Below, piece by piece: positions 43,901 to 55,900 of a stretch of DNA of 57,812 nt; the stretch's first letter is position 1, and each line of letters begins with the position of its first letter. The translations under genes and the position numbers were made by a program. The notes below the pieces were generated by a model, which saw only the letters and a program-made list of their open reading frames with translations, searched no databases and was not told the DNA's origin. The DNA is taken from contig NC_058133.1 of the NCBI RefSeq assembly GCF_016433145.1, positions 26,587,791-26,645,602 of the forward strand, read 5' to 3'. Source of the stretch: Gracilinanus agilis. Its lineage: Eukaryota.

Positions 43901-46900
43901 TTGCAAAGGAAACCAGTTATGTAATGTTGGAGGGAGGGAATTTGGCTTAGAGTCTCGGCCCTGATGGGCTCCATGAGCCATTGAGGCCTGATTGGACTAG
44001 ACTGGTGACTTGTTGTGGCCTGGTGGCTGGAGGGCTCCATGGGACCAATGTGCAGGGTGACCCTAGGCAGGGACAGTAAACCCCCCCCACCCCCACCCCA
44101 GGGCTGGCACATTGGAAACACTTGATGAGAACAATTTGTGAACCTAGTGGGTGGCTCCTCCCCTCCTTCTCTCCTTCCATCCACAGCTGGGACTTTTCAT
44201 GGAGTTCAACCCAGAAGACATGTTCTTGGAGGCCGAGGACTTTGGGGACGATGACGGGGACCTGGAGGCAGAGCTGTTGGCTCTCACTGGTGATACCGGG
44301 ACCCCAGAGAGCAAGGCCAGGCCCAAGGGGAAAGGTGAGCCCAAGGCCTGGTCCTGGTCCTGGTCCAAAGACCCATTCCCCTACTGCCCACTGAGGCCCA
44401 GAGGGATAGGGTAGGGACCTTCAGATCCTCTCAGAATCTCCAGTAGGGGGTAGTGGTTGGGGTGGGGATACAAACCCTGGGCTCCAAGGGAAAGTGGGCT
44501 TGGGGATGGACCCAGTCATGTAGCTTCAGAGTGGTTGTGTTTCCAGTGCTTTGCCCACTGTATGTGGAGGAGGCATCAGTCCCAAGTGCCAGAGCTACCT
44601 TCCTGAAGCCTCTGAGTTGGAAAGAACCTCTCAGCAGCCTCAGAGGGCAGCCTGGACCTGAATACTTTGTTCATCTGGCCTTTTTGGGAAGTCCTTTGGA
44701 GACAGAGAGCTCAATACATTTTAAGGCAGCCCAGGCCACATGAGGAAAGCTCTCATTGTTACCAGGCATTCCTTCTCCCACTGCTCATGACTCTCTTCTC
44801 AAGATGGGGGCCAAGCTGAGCCTCTTCTACTAGGTCCCCCTTCAGAGGCAGCTCTCAGGACTCTGTGATAATTAGATTAAGTCTATACTGCCCATCTTTA
44901 GATTTAATCACCAAAGGTGATTACAAAGGTGAAAACATCTCCAATTTTGGGAGGTCTGTGCGTGCTAGAATGGGTGACAATCAGAATCGACTGACTACCC
45001 CCTAGGCAGTCCTAAGAGAAGGAGAAGTCTTTTGTGATTAGACGTGCAAACTAGGAGGGAGGCACAGAGGGAGTTGAGTGAGTGAAGGGTCTTCTGGTGA
45101 AGGAGCTCTTCTGGTTGGAGGAGTGCTGGCTGGGATCATGAGACCTTGGTGAGACTATTCTTAAATCTTACTTTGGAATTCCACGTGGTGAGTTTAAAGA
45201 CTGAATCTTCCTGAACTTCTCTTAAGTTCCTTTTAAATAGAGACTGTGACTGAAGCTTTTGCTTCATTTGCCTCCGGCCTCTGGCCCTCTGACTCTCGCT
45301 TGGGTTAATTAGATCTACCTGGATTAACTAGGGGATCATAGCAGTTCTCAATTGTAAATACATTTCCATAAATGTCAATTTTGACTTGAGGTTATTCCTT
45401 AATTGGGGATTTTTCCCCTGGCGACAAATCTTTAATATATTCTACCCTAAACCCCCTTTTCCTCATTACAACTCCCCTCAGTCTTGTCTTCTCTAGATTC
45501 CATGACTCAAGGTCCTTCCATGCCCTGGACTTGGCCTCACACTCCGGTCTCCACAGCCTCACAGAAATCAGAACTTTGCCAGGGCTTGAGCTTTGGTGTC
45601 CCAGTGTAAATGAGTGGAAGCCCAGATGAGCTCTGAGATTCTCCCTGTGCTGGACTCTGCAACTTATCAGAGCCCTCCCCGATCATGGGAGCTCAGAGTC
45701 TATCATTTGATAGTTGAGGAAACTCAGCCTGGGCCAGAGAGGGGGAAGCAACTTGACCTAGCTCTAATAGCCAAGAAATGCCTGGGGCCAGATTTGAACC
45801 CCTGTCTACTAGGCCACCTTGTTCTTGCTGCCCCTGTGACTCCATTGGGCCAAGCAGGTCAGAGGATAGGGTATCCTGCCTCCATATTTCACAGCCACTA
45901 TTCCTTTTATCGTGTGATTATTGAGGGGCCAGACTTTGAATCCATGCAGCCCTTCCAGTGTGGAATCTTCTCATTAGTGCAAATGGGTGATTTGTTTGTA
46001 ATTTAGACAAGTTGCCTAGGTCATCAATTGTCAGGAGACTTGTCTATGGTCATATAGCCAGTCATTCGAGGAGCCTGACCCTGAGACTCCTTTCCCAAGA
46101 GCCTTTCCTTAGCATAATTTGGGATCTATACCATTCCCAAAGAGGAGACCAGACCTGGTGTTGACCTCAGTGTCATAGGGTTACATAAGCTTCCCAGATG
46201 CTAACAGAGGGACCTTGTTCTGTGTGCCCCCCTCAACAGAGGGTTAGAAAATCTAGTGGGGATGGGCAGTGATGGCAGCTTAGTAAAAAGCCAAACTTGC
46301 CAATGATCAGAGCCTTCCCATCTTAGGCCCTCCTTTCCCCCCAATTACTCCAGTCTTCAGGTAGAAGTAGCCAGACCCTGCAGTCTTCCTGTCTAGGGAG
46401 GGCCAGGCTAGATAAGGTGAGGTCCTAGGAGTAGTCTCAGATGGATGATTTCCAGTTTCAGTAAACACTTCAGCTTGTTACCCTGGTGTGGCCAGGGACT
46501 AACCCTGCCAGCCCTACCACTTCTGCTCAGGATGGCATGTACAAGAAACAGCCTTTGGGGGGGACCAAAGGGAAGGAGGCAGCCACCCAGTGGGATAAAT
46601 GAAGCTAGGGCCTCTTGCCTCATCCCTGTCTCGTCTCCACCAATGGTCCCCCAAGCTTGAGCCAGATTTTCTGGTCTGGAATAGGGGATGGTCCTGGGCT
46701 TGGCTCCCAGATTTGCTGCTCAGTTACTTTGAAGCCTTAATCAGTCTTTTTCTTCTCATTGCCTCAGTTTACTTATCTGTAAAATGAAGGGTTTGGACTA
46801 GATCATCCTTAATGTTCCCTGCATTTCCATCATATTCTGATCCTCTCTGGGAGCCTGGGGCTTAGGGGCTCAGTCTTGAGAATCCCTCTGTCTACCCCCA

Positions 46901-49900
46901 GCCCCCCTGCCAATGGCACACATTGAGAAGCTTGCTGCCGAATGCATGCAGGACGTGGGAAATGAGGCCTCAGATGAGGAAGATGAAGCACTGGAGACAG
47001 ATACAGACCTGTTGGTAAGTGGCTGGGCACAGCCCCAGTGCCATGGCAGGGGAGAAGGTTGGCTCCCTCTTTCCTCTGTCCCCTGTTGGGGGTAGGGGCC
47101 TAGGACTATGAAGTGGAGGGAGGCCCAGTTTGTCTTCTCTCTACAAAATGGCCTGGGCCTTGCCAGAGGGCCTGAGTTCAAACCCCAGCTTAGGTTTTGT
47201 TGAACCAGAGTGATTTGGGTCCAGTTGTTGGCCTTTCTTGGGCCTCAGTTCCCTCCTCTGTAAAATAAGGAGGCTAAAGTATGACTTTTCACAGAGTTAT
47301 TTGAGGTATAACAAAATCTGAGATATGGGGCAGGAAGGGACTGCCAAGGTCCTTATCACCCAGGCTTCTCTTGATAGTGATAGAAACAGACTTTTGAAGG
47401 AGGGGGGAGGTTCAGAAAGTAAGCATCAGGAGATTTGAATCCTTGGGCTCCAAGCCTGCTCCCCCTTCCTGGAGGTTTATGGCGAAGCCCATGATGCCCG
47501 AGTGGAGGAGCTTGCCTTTTAGATTGCTTGGCCTCCAAATGAGGGAGGCTGCCCTTGCCCAGACTCCCTGTCTGCAGTAAAGGCAGCCTTTACTCTGGAG
47601 ACTTTCTTCCTACTTTTTGTCTCCTCAGGCAGAGCTACAGGAGGTCCTGGGAGAGGAGGAGAAGGAGGAGGATGGAGAACTGAACAGCCCCGATGAGGTG
47701 GTTCCCATGCAGGCCTCTGCCCCAGCAGGCCTTGAGGTGGGATAGAGCCCTGGAGAGGGGGCCTCTGGGGATCTTGATGTACACATACAAGACACTTGCC
47801 AGCTGAGCTCTGAATAATTTCCATTGACAGACTTGATTCATTTTAATTCAATAGCAAATGTCTCCTCTGTGCCAGGTTGTAGTGATACCAAGGGCAAACA
47901 AACAGTCCTTGCTCTTGAGGGGTTTCCAGAATGGGTACAGGATTGTGCACAGAAATACCAAATACGTCCAGGATAGGTACAGAGATGTTTCAAGAGAGAG
48001 AGATCATAAAACAAATAGTGGGATGAGGAGGCCTCAGGAAGCAGACAACACCTGTGTCTATTATCTAGGAAAGGAAGCTGGGTATGCTGGGAAGTGCAGC
48101 AAGGACTATAGAGGCATAGGGGGACAGCATCTGCAAAGGTCTGGAGGCAAGAGATGGAATGCATTCTCTAGGGGAGCACGCAAGGGAAGTCATGTCATGT
48201 GAGATGTCTGAGAATGAAGGTCAATGGAAGCCAGACCAGACCAGAAGGGATTCATTCCCAAACAAAGGCAGAGGAGGCAGGCTCGCCTCCTTGAAACCTC
48301 CAAGATGACAGTTCACCTTAATGTCTGCTTTCTTAAGGCAGGAGGTTTTCAAGTAGAATTCTGTGTTTTAGGAAACAGTGGATACACTGGAGTGGGGAGA
48401 GACTTGGGGCAGGCAAGAACAGCCCACTCCACTGTAAAGGGGGGCAGTATTGTAAGGGGTTAATATTTTAAAAGGTTGGACTAAATATCAGAGTGTGGTC
48501 ACCAGGAATTAATTAATTCCAAATAATTTTTTAGCGATTTATAAAGTAGAGGGAAAGAGTAAAAATAGAGAAAAGTGAAAGAGAGCAGAGTAAGAGATCT
48601 AGCTTAATGAGCTAGAATATGTGCTCAAGCCTTGGCTTTACTCTAACAGGGATCCAGAAGCCTCAGCTGGAGGGCCTAAAGGTCCATTAACAAAGAGTTT
48701 TAGCCATGAGGCCTCCTCCCAGATGAGGGGCCCCTCCAGAGGCTAGTCCCTCCAGGAAAACTAGGGAAGGGAGTCAGCCTTTTTCACTCACCTACATAGT
48801 AGTTCTAAGGAGAAATAGAAAGCAGTCTGAGGTCCTCAGCCAGAGTTCCTCCAGGGTCCAGTTCAAGGCGAAAGACTCCTCACAGGAAGTTCTTGCCACT
48901 TAAAAAGACCATTCCTTTCATCACTTCCTGTGCCTTCCTCCTACTTTACGCATACTAATTACAGCTAAAGCTTTACTTAGGACTGCCCAGGGGGCAGTTA
49001 GTCGATTCTGATTCATCACCCACTTTTGCACAGATCTCCCCCACTTAAGGATAAGTGGGGTGTTTACACTGTTGGTGATTAAATCTAAAAATGGGTAGGG
49101 TAGAATTAATCCCATCTTCACACCACCCTATCCCCAAGGTTTGCAACAATGGAGGCTTGAGATGATGGTCAGCACCAGGGAATGGCAGTGTCAGAGGAGA
49201 GAGGGATGATGGCAGGGATGCTGCAGAGATGACATTGACAGGCCCTAACAACAGATTGGGTCTGGGGGATGAGAGAGGAAGGAGCCTGGGATGGATGACT
49301 CCTAGGTTGGGGGATTGGGAGGAGGCAGAGGCCTTCAATAGTAACAGAGATTAGAAAGGGAAGGGGTTGGAAGGAAGAAAAATGAGTTCAGTTTGGGTCA
49401 TGCTGAGTTTCTGATGCCTCCAGTTCATCCATTTCATCCAGTTCAACATGCTCAAAAGCCAGCTGAGAAGAGAGGCTGGGGGTCCATAGGTCCTGAGACC
49501 ATCTGCAGGAGAGCAGAAGAGATCTCCAATAACAGGAGAGAAGAGTGCTCAGGACAGGACCAGCAAAGGGTCTGAGAAGAGGGAGAGCTGGGGAAAAGAG
49601 TCAGGAGAACCTAGAGGAAAAGAGACCCATGAACAAGAGTGGTCAAGAGAGCTGAGGTTGGACAGAAGGCCTTTGGTTGTGCTGCCATAGAGAGCACTGA
49701 AAGAGGGCAGCCTGGAAGGCAGACTGCAAGAAACTGAGAAGGAAGGAAAGGAGAGGCAGCCTTTGAAGGCAGCTTTGAGGAGATAGTTGTGAAAGGGAGG
49801 AACCATCCAGGCCATCAGCTGGTGGAGACATTAAAAAGATGAAATGAAGTTTTGAAGGGTCAGGGGGTAATTCTGCCATCGGCTGCCCTCAACCCTGGGC

Positions 49901-52900
49901 TTCTGGCTGGGGTGGGGGAGTTTTGTGGTGAATGTCCAGGATCCTCCTTCATCTCCTCAAGCCATCAGCCCTTCCGGGTCAGTATCATTGAGGGGGGTAG
50001 AAGGGATAACACCACTGTGGTTCTTTCCCCTATGAGAGGCAGGCTATCTTGGGGGGGGCAGAAGACCAGCCGTGACCCTGAGCAAGCCCTTGGCTTCCTC
50101 AGTTTCTGCTTCCCCATCTGTACAATGGGTATGGGGTTGTGAGATCAGAGCTCTGAGTTAGCTAAATGTCAGCAATTAGCATGAAATCCCTTCCCATGAC
50201 CTCTCCAACTCTCGGCCTTATGATGTTTTTGCCTTCTCAGGAAGTGCCCACAACAAGTGGGCTGCAGGGGCTACTGGAGGAACGAATTGCTAACTACCAG
50301 GCAGCAGTTACCAGTGCCAAGGAGGCTGGGGAAGGGGCCAAAGCCCGGCGGTGTGAACGAGGCCTAAAGGTGAGTGATAGATAGTGAGACCTGGGGACGA
50401 TGGGGCAGAAGATGGCCGCCCCTTATCTAATAGAGGTCTCTAGGTGAAGACTCTGCTGTCTGTTTAATGGGAAAAGAGGAGCTCGGGCCCTAGTGTATGG
50501 TGGGCCCTCCTAATATCTCCTCTTCCAGACTCTGGAGACCCAATTGACTGCCGTGAAGAAGGGCAGAAAAATCAATGAGGAGGAGATTCCACCCCCTGTG
50601 GCCTTAGGGAACAGGCGAGAGCTGCTCCTTCCTACAGAGGGCAAAGGCTGTGGGGAACCCCCAGCTGCCCCAGACCTCCCAGCTGCCTCAGATTCCCCAG
50701 CTGCTCCAGCCCCCACCGCCACCCCAGCCCCCACAGCTGCTCCAACACCCCAAGAAGCAAGTGCCCTGGAGCCAGGTACATGACAGTCAAGCCAGTGCCT
50801 CCCCACTCCTTCTCTGGGAGCCCTTGGCTCCCCTTGCCCTTTGGGCTGGTCCAGTTCCCTAGCCTTTCTCCTTCAGCTGCATGTGGCAGTAGGGGCAGCT
50901 CCTCTGGTTTGAAAATGATTCAAAGACCCTGAGCTTCTCTGGGGTCTGGAGAAAGCAGGAGGGACACTGGCTCCCTAGCTGGGCCCTAGTCACTTAAATG
51001 GTTTTTCCCCCCTGGGCCAGATTCCCGGATGATGCTACTGACCCGGCAGAAGGAATACAAAGCTGCCGCCCTGAAAGCCAAACAGGAAGGGGACCTGGAA
51101 CAGGCCCGAGAGTACATGAGGATTGGCAAGGTACAGCCCAGGCAGGCCCAGGGCTCAGGCTTGGGGGAAGCAGGAGCCCTGGCTTGGGTGGCCCTGCCCT
51201 CACAGAGTGACCATCTCCTCCTAATGACATGAGGGCCTTGGGCATGACTCCTAAACTCGGTTATGCTCTGAGTCCTTGTCCAGATGCCTATTTTACAAAG
51301 GAGAGAACAGACTGTGAGTTTGCCCAAGGTCATACATTGAGCTACTTTTGGTGAACTCTAGGAGGGGGCTGGGTGAAAGTGAGGGAGAAACTGAGGCACA
51401 AAATGGGCTGGTGGATAATCAGGCCCTCTGGTTACTGGGGTGGGGGAGCTACACCCAGGTGAGGCCCTCACCCAGCTCTTCCTCTCACCCCAGAAGTTTG
51501 GTGCTGTGCTGGAGGCACTGGACAGAGGGCAACCTGTGGACCTGAGTGGCATGCCTCCTACCCCTTCAGGTGAGAGGGCCCAGAGGGTCAGAACTGAGCA
51601 GTTCCCTCCCCAGGGTCTGCAGGGTCATCCCTGGGGCCAGGCCTCCTCATCCTCCTTTGATGCTTAGCCTAGCCTGGGGAGGGAAGCAGGACAGTAGGTT
51701 TGTGGGGGGGAGGGGATGGTGTTGTATGTGTTCGGACCTTCTGCCCTTCCTCCTCCTATTTCCTTATATCAGCAAACATTGATTACATGATTGGTGTGTG
51801 AAAGGCCCAGAGCAGGGTGCTCAGGGCACAAAGACAAAAGGAGATATGGGAGCTGGCAGAATAAGTCGAGAAGGGAGGGTGTGGGTCCTGAGGGGCCCTC
51901 ACTTTGGGTAGGGAGCTGCTTGCTGCCACGGCCCTCCCAAAGCCTTGGCCAGGGAATTCAGTTCAGTAGATGCTAAGTGCCCACAGGCCTGTCCCCAGCC
52001 AGAGGACTAGCTTTGTCCCATGTCTCTATAGAGCTCGAGGTCCCCCAAAAAGCCCGGCCAGCCCCAAGCCCTGCCCCACTGGAGCACTCGAAGCCTGTGA
52101 TGTCGGCCCCTCCCCCAGCCCCAGGTAAACACTGGCTAGAGGAGGGCCCCTGCAGGTCCCCAGCTACCTTTGGGCTGGTCCCTGCTGAGTTTCATGGATG
52201 GGAAGGAAAGGGTCAGTTGTGGGGGCTATTGGAATGGGGATGACTCCTGCCCAAGGCAGTTGGGAATATGGTTGGGATCAGGGAGGGGAGGGAAAATAGC
52301 TGACATCCTCTTTGGGCTCAGGGCCCCCTACCCAGCCCCAGACGGTACTGGAGGCCTTGGGCCAGAGGCTAGGCAAGTACCAAGAGGCTGCAGCCCAGGC
52401 CAAGAGCAGCGGAGATGAGCGGAAGGCCCGCATGCATGGGCGCATCGCCAAGGTGACTTTCCACTTTGGGGAGTAGGGGGAGCTGTGGGGAGAGACACTA
52501 GCAGGCATCCTGTGGGCCTAGCTCTGGAGCTGGGCTGGACAAGGAAGGCCCTAAGGTCTCATTTATAGAACTATAGACTTAGAACTGGGAAGGACCCCAG
52601 AGATCATCTGATCCCAGGAGGAGGGCTGGAAGGAGCGGGACTTGTCCAAGGTCACACAGCAAGTCAGTGTCTGGCTGGGAATTAAACACTGGTATCTGTC
52701 CTACCTCTCAGCCCAGGGCACTGCCTCCCCCACTACCCCCCATGCCCTTGGAGAAAGTGAAGACCCAGGGGATAGTGTGGCCTTAGCCTCCCCCAACCTT
52801 CCCTTCTTTTCCTGTGCCCTAAAGTGGGGAGAGGGACTAGAAGACAGAATATAGCCTCTTGAGTTCTTCATCTGTCAAAAGAGAGGTCAGACTAGATGGG

Positions 52901-55900
52901 CTCTAAGGCTTGGCTTTTTTTCCAACTCTCAAATCCCTCTTTGCGCCAGTTTGGCATTTGGGGCAGAGGAGGAGACATTTGGAGAGGGCTTTAGACACAC
53001 CATGGCTCATCTCATATTGAACCTTTCCTCCCCCCCTCCCTGGCCCTAATCCCAGCAATACCAAGATGCCATCCAAGCTCTCAAAGCTGGGAGGAAAGTG
53101 AACTTGGCTGAACTTCCTGTCCCCCCAGGTGAGTCAGAAACTGGAGGAATGGGGCTCAGAGAATGGGATTAAGGCATTTGAGGGGTTTGTTGAAGCTTGG
53201 TCTGTGCAGGCTGATTCAAGGCTCTTAAGAAACGGGTACTTGGGAAGGGCAGATGCCCTCTTGGCCTCTCACCCCTGAACAGGCATTGACCAGTCTGGGG
53301 CCTCCAGCTCAGAGCCTCACTCTTCAGGCCTATCTTATTCTCCCACCACAGGCTTCCCTCCTATCCCTGGCTTGGAGCCTCCCTTGGGCCCTGAGGACAA
53401 CCCCTTGGCAACTGCCTTGAAGGCTGCTCAGCTGTTGAACAGCCCTGAAGAGAAGGATGAGGACGAGGAAGAAGACAAGGTATAGAGGTCTCCCTGGGCA
53501 GGGCCCTCACTTTGGAACCCAGCCACTTGGGCTGTGACCACTGTGAACTCATCTGTGCTACTCGCTGTGTATGAGTCTCTTTTCCTCTCAGCCTCAGTTT
53601 CTCCTTCAGTAAAGGAGTGCTATAGAGGCAGTGACATTGGAAAGGGCCCCGGATTTGGAGTTGAGAAAGAGTTTGCTTTGTTTGATTGCCATCTTGGATG
53701 CTTACTGTGTGACCTTGGGAAAGTTACTAGATGACTCCAGCACTCCCCCTTCCAGGTCTGGATCTGCTCCCTTTGGTTCTTATGGGAGCCACTGTATAAT
53801 GACCATCCTTCCCACTCCTCAGGAAGAAGCCCTGCCCCAGGCCCCAGTGGCCAAGAAGCCAGCTCAGAGGCCTAGCCAAGCTTCCCAGGTAGCCAAACCT
53901 TCAGCCACACCATCCCCTGAGTCCCAGGGCTCTACCTCCCAGGACACCTTGTCCCCAGCAGGTGAGCCCATGCAGGGTACAGGGGAGGCCCTTCACCCTG
54001 GGAAGGGAAGAGAAAAAAGGGATGGGACTCTGTGGGGCCTCAGAACTCCAGGACTGGGCCAGCAGGGGTTCTTGTCTCCCTAGCCCAGGAACAGCTGGCC
54101 TTGCTGGAGAGCCGAAGACTCCAGTGCCAGCGAGCAGCTCTCCAAGCCAAACGGGCTAAAGACCTGGAGCAGGCTAAAGCCCACCTTCGGGCTGCCAAGG
54201 CTCTGGACATGCAGATTGCCCTGGTGCGCAGCGGCCGTGCGGGCAGCAGCAGCAGCGGGGCCAAGGTGGGCCTGGGGGCTGAAGGGGGTTGGGATTGGGT
54301 ATTCAGACCAGTTACATCTGTGTTTGCCCTGGAGGGGGCCAGGCCCTGCCCTTGGGGAGCTTACGGTCTCTTCAGTGTGGACAGTGAGGGGCTGGACTTG
54401 GGGCCTTTAGGAGGCTTCCCCCGGCAGCCTGGAGTTTGGGGCTCTTGGAGACTCGCCTGGAGTTCATCTCTGTGTTGTGTTGGGGGTGGGGCAGCTTGCT
54501 TCCCCTCTGACAGACGAAGATGGTGGCTTCGTTCTCATTTGCCATGAGGACCTCGGGCTCTCCCAGAAGGCCGAGGAAGTGTACGCCCAACTCCACAAGA
54601 TGCTAAAGGAGCAGCAGGAGGTCAGGACCTCCCCCCATTCTAGGAGGGTGGGCAGGGGGGAGAGAAGACATGCTAGACCTCAGAGGCAGAACCAGGAGAA
54701 TCAGGTGGGGCTAACCAGTCAGGTAGGAGCTCTCCCTCCCAGGAGAGCCATCCTGGAGGTGAAGTGGACTCCCCTGGGGCTAGGGAACGGCCTCCACTTG
54801 GCTTCAGCCACTTGGGGGCAATTGGCCTCTTCAGGCTCTCTCCACAGAGAGGTGGGGAGGGAGGGAGCGAGGGAGAGGACGCTTGTGGGGAGTCTTAGCC
54901 AGATTCAGATCAACCCACATAGTCTCCAAGACCCCTTTGAACCCCAGAACACTGGGATGCTCTGCTTCCCTTCACAGAAGTGCCTGCTGTACTCCAAGCA
55001 ATTCATGCACCAGGGCAATGTGGCAGAAACCACCTGGTGAGTGGCTTAGCATCAGCTGTCTGGGCACAGGCCAATTGAGGCCACAGGGCCTTCTCTGGGC
55101 CTCAGTTTATTTGCTATCTAAGAGCTCTTTATTTCTTACAAGCTGACAATGCCCTTTGCGCTGAGGGAAAAATCAAGGGGAAGGGTGGGGGGTGGGGCAT
55201 GATAGGGGAGAGGATATAGCCCTGGGAAATGGGGGAAGGTGGCCTACTATCCTTTTGGGGTGCAGGGAAGAGCTGAGGAAACTCCATTGGCCCATGATGG
55301 GGATCTGGAGCATCTTCCTAAAGGGCTTTGGGGTCAGGAGGGACAGTGAAGGCTAGCCTTGCTCTGCTCGGCCTCTTGAGCAGAATGGCAGTGTCCCAGA
55401 GTGGGAGGGGAGCTCTCGCTCTGGGGAGGGGCTGGCCATCCCCTCCCTGGGGGAGGCTGCCTGTGCCCAGCTGGCCTCTAGGGTCTCTTCAGGCTCCTGC
55501 CATCTCAGGCTGTCTTGCCCACCATGCTATCCCTCCCTGGCAGGTTTGAGAAGCTGGCCCAAGACCGGAAGAAACAGCTGGAGATCTTGCAGCTGGCCCA
55601 GGCCCAGGGCCTGGACCCTCCAAGCCACCGCTTTGAGGAAAAGACCTTCCGGACCGTGAGGTATGTTGGGGGTGGGAAGGCCAGGACAAGAGAAGCTGGA
55701 CAGGGCCAGGGACCCAGAGAAGCCCCCGACAGTGCCCTGCCTCCTCCCCATTGCCATCTGCTTTGTCCTCTGACAGGATCTTCTCAGAGCTCAATAGCAC
55801 CGAGATGCATCTGCTCATCGTGAGAGGAATGAACCTCCCTGCCCCGCCAGGTGCCCAGGCCTGTTGCCCCGAGGGTGGGCAGGGCAAGACCAGAGGCTCA

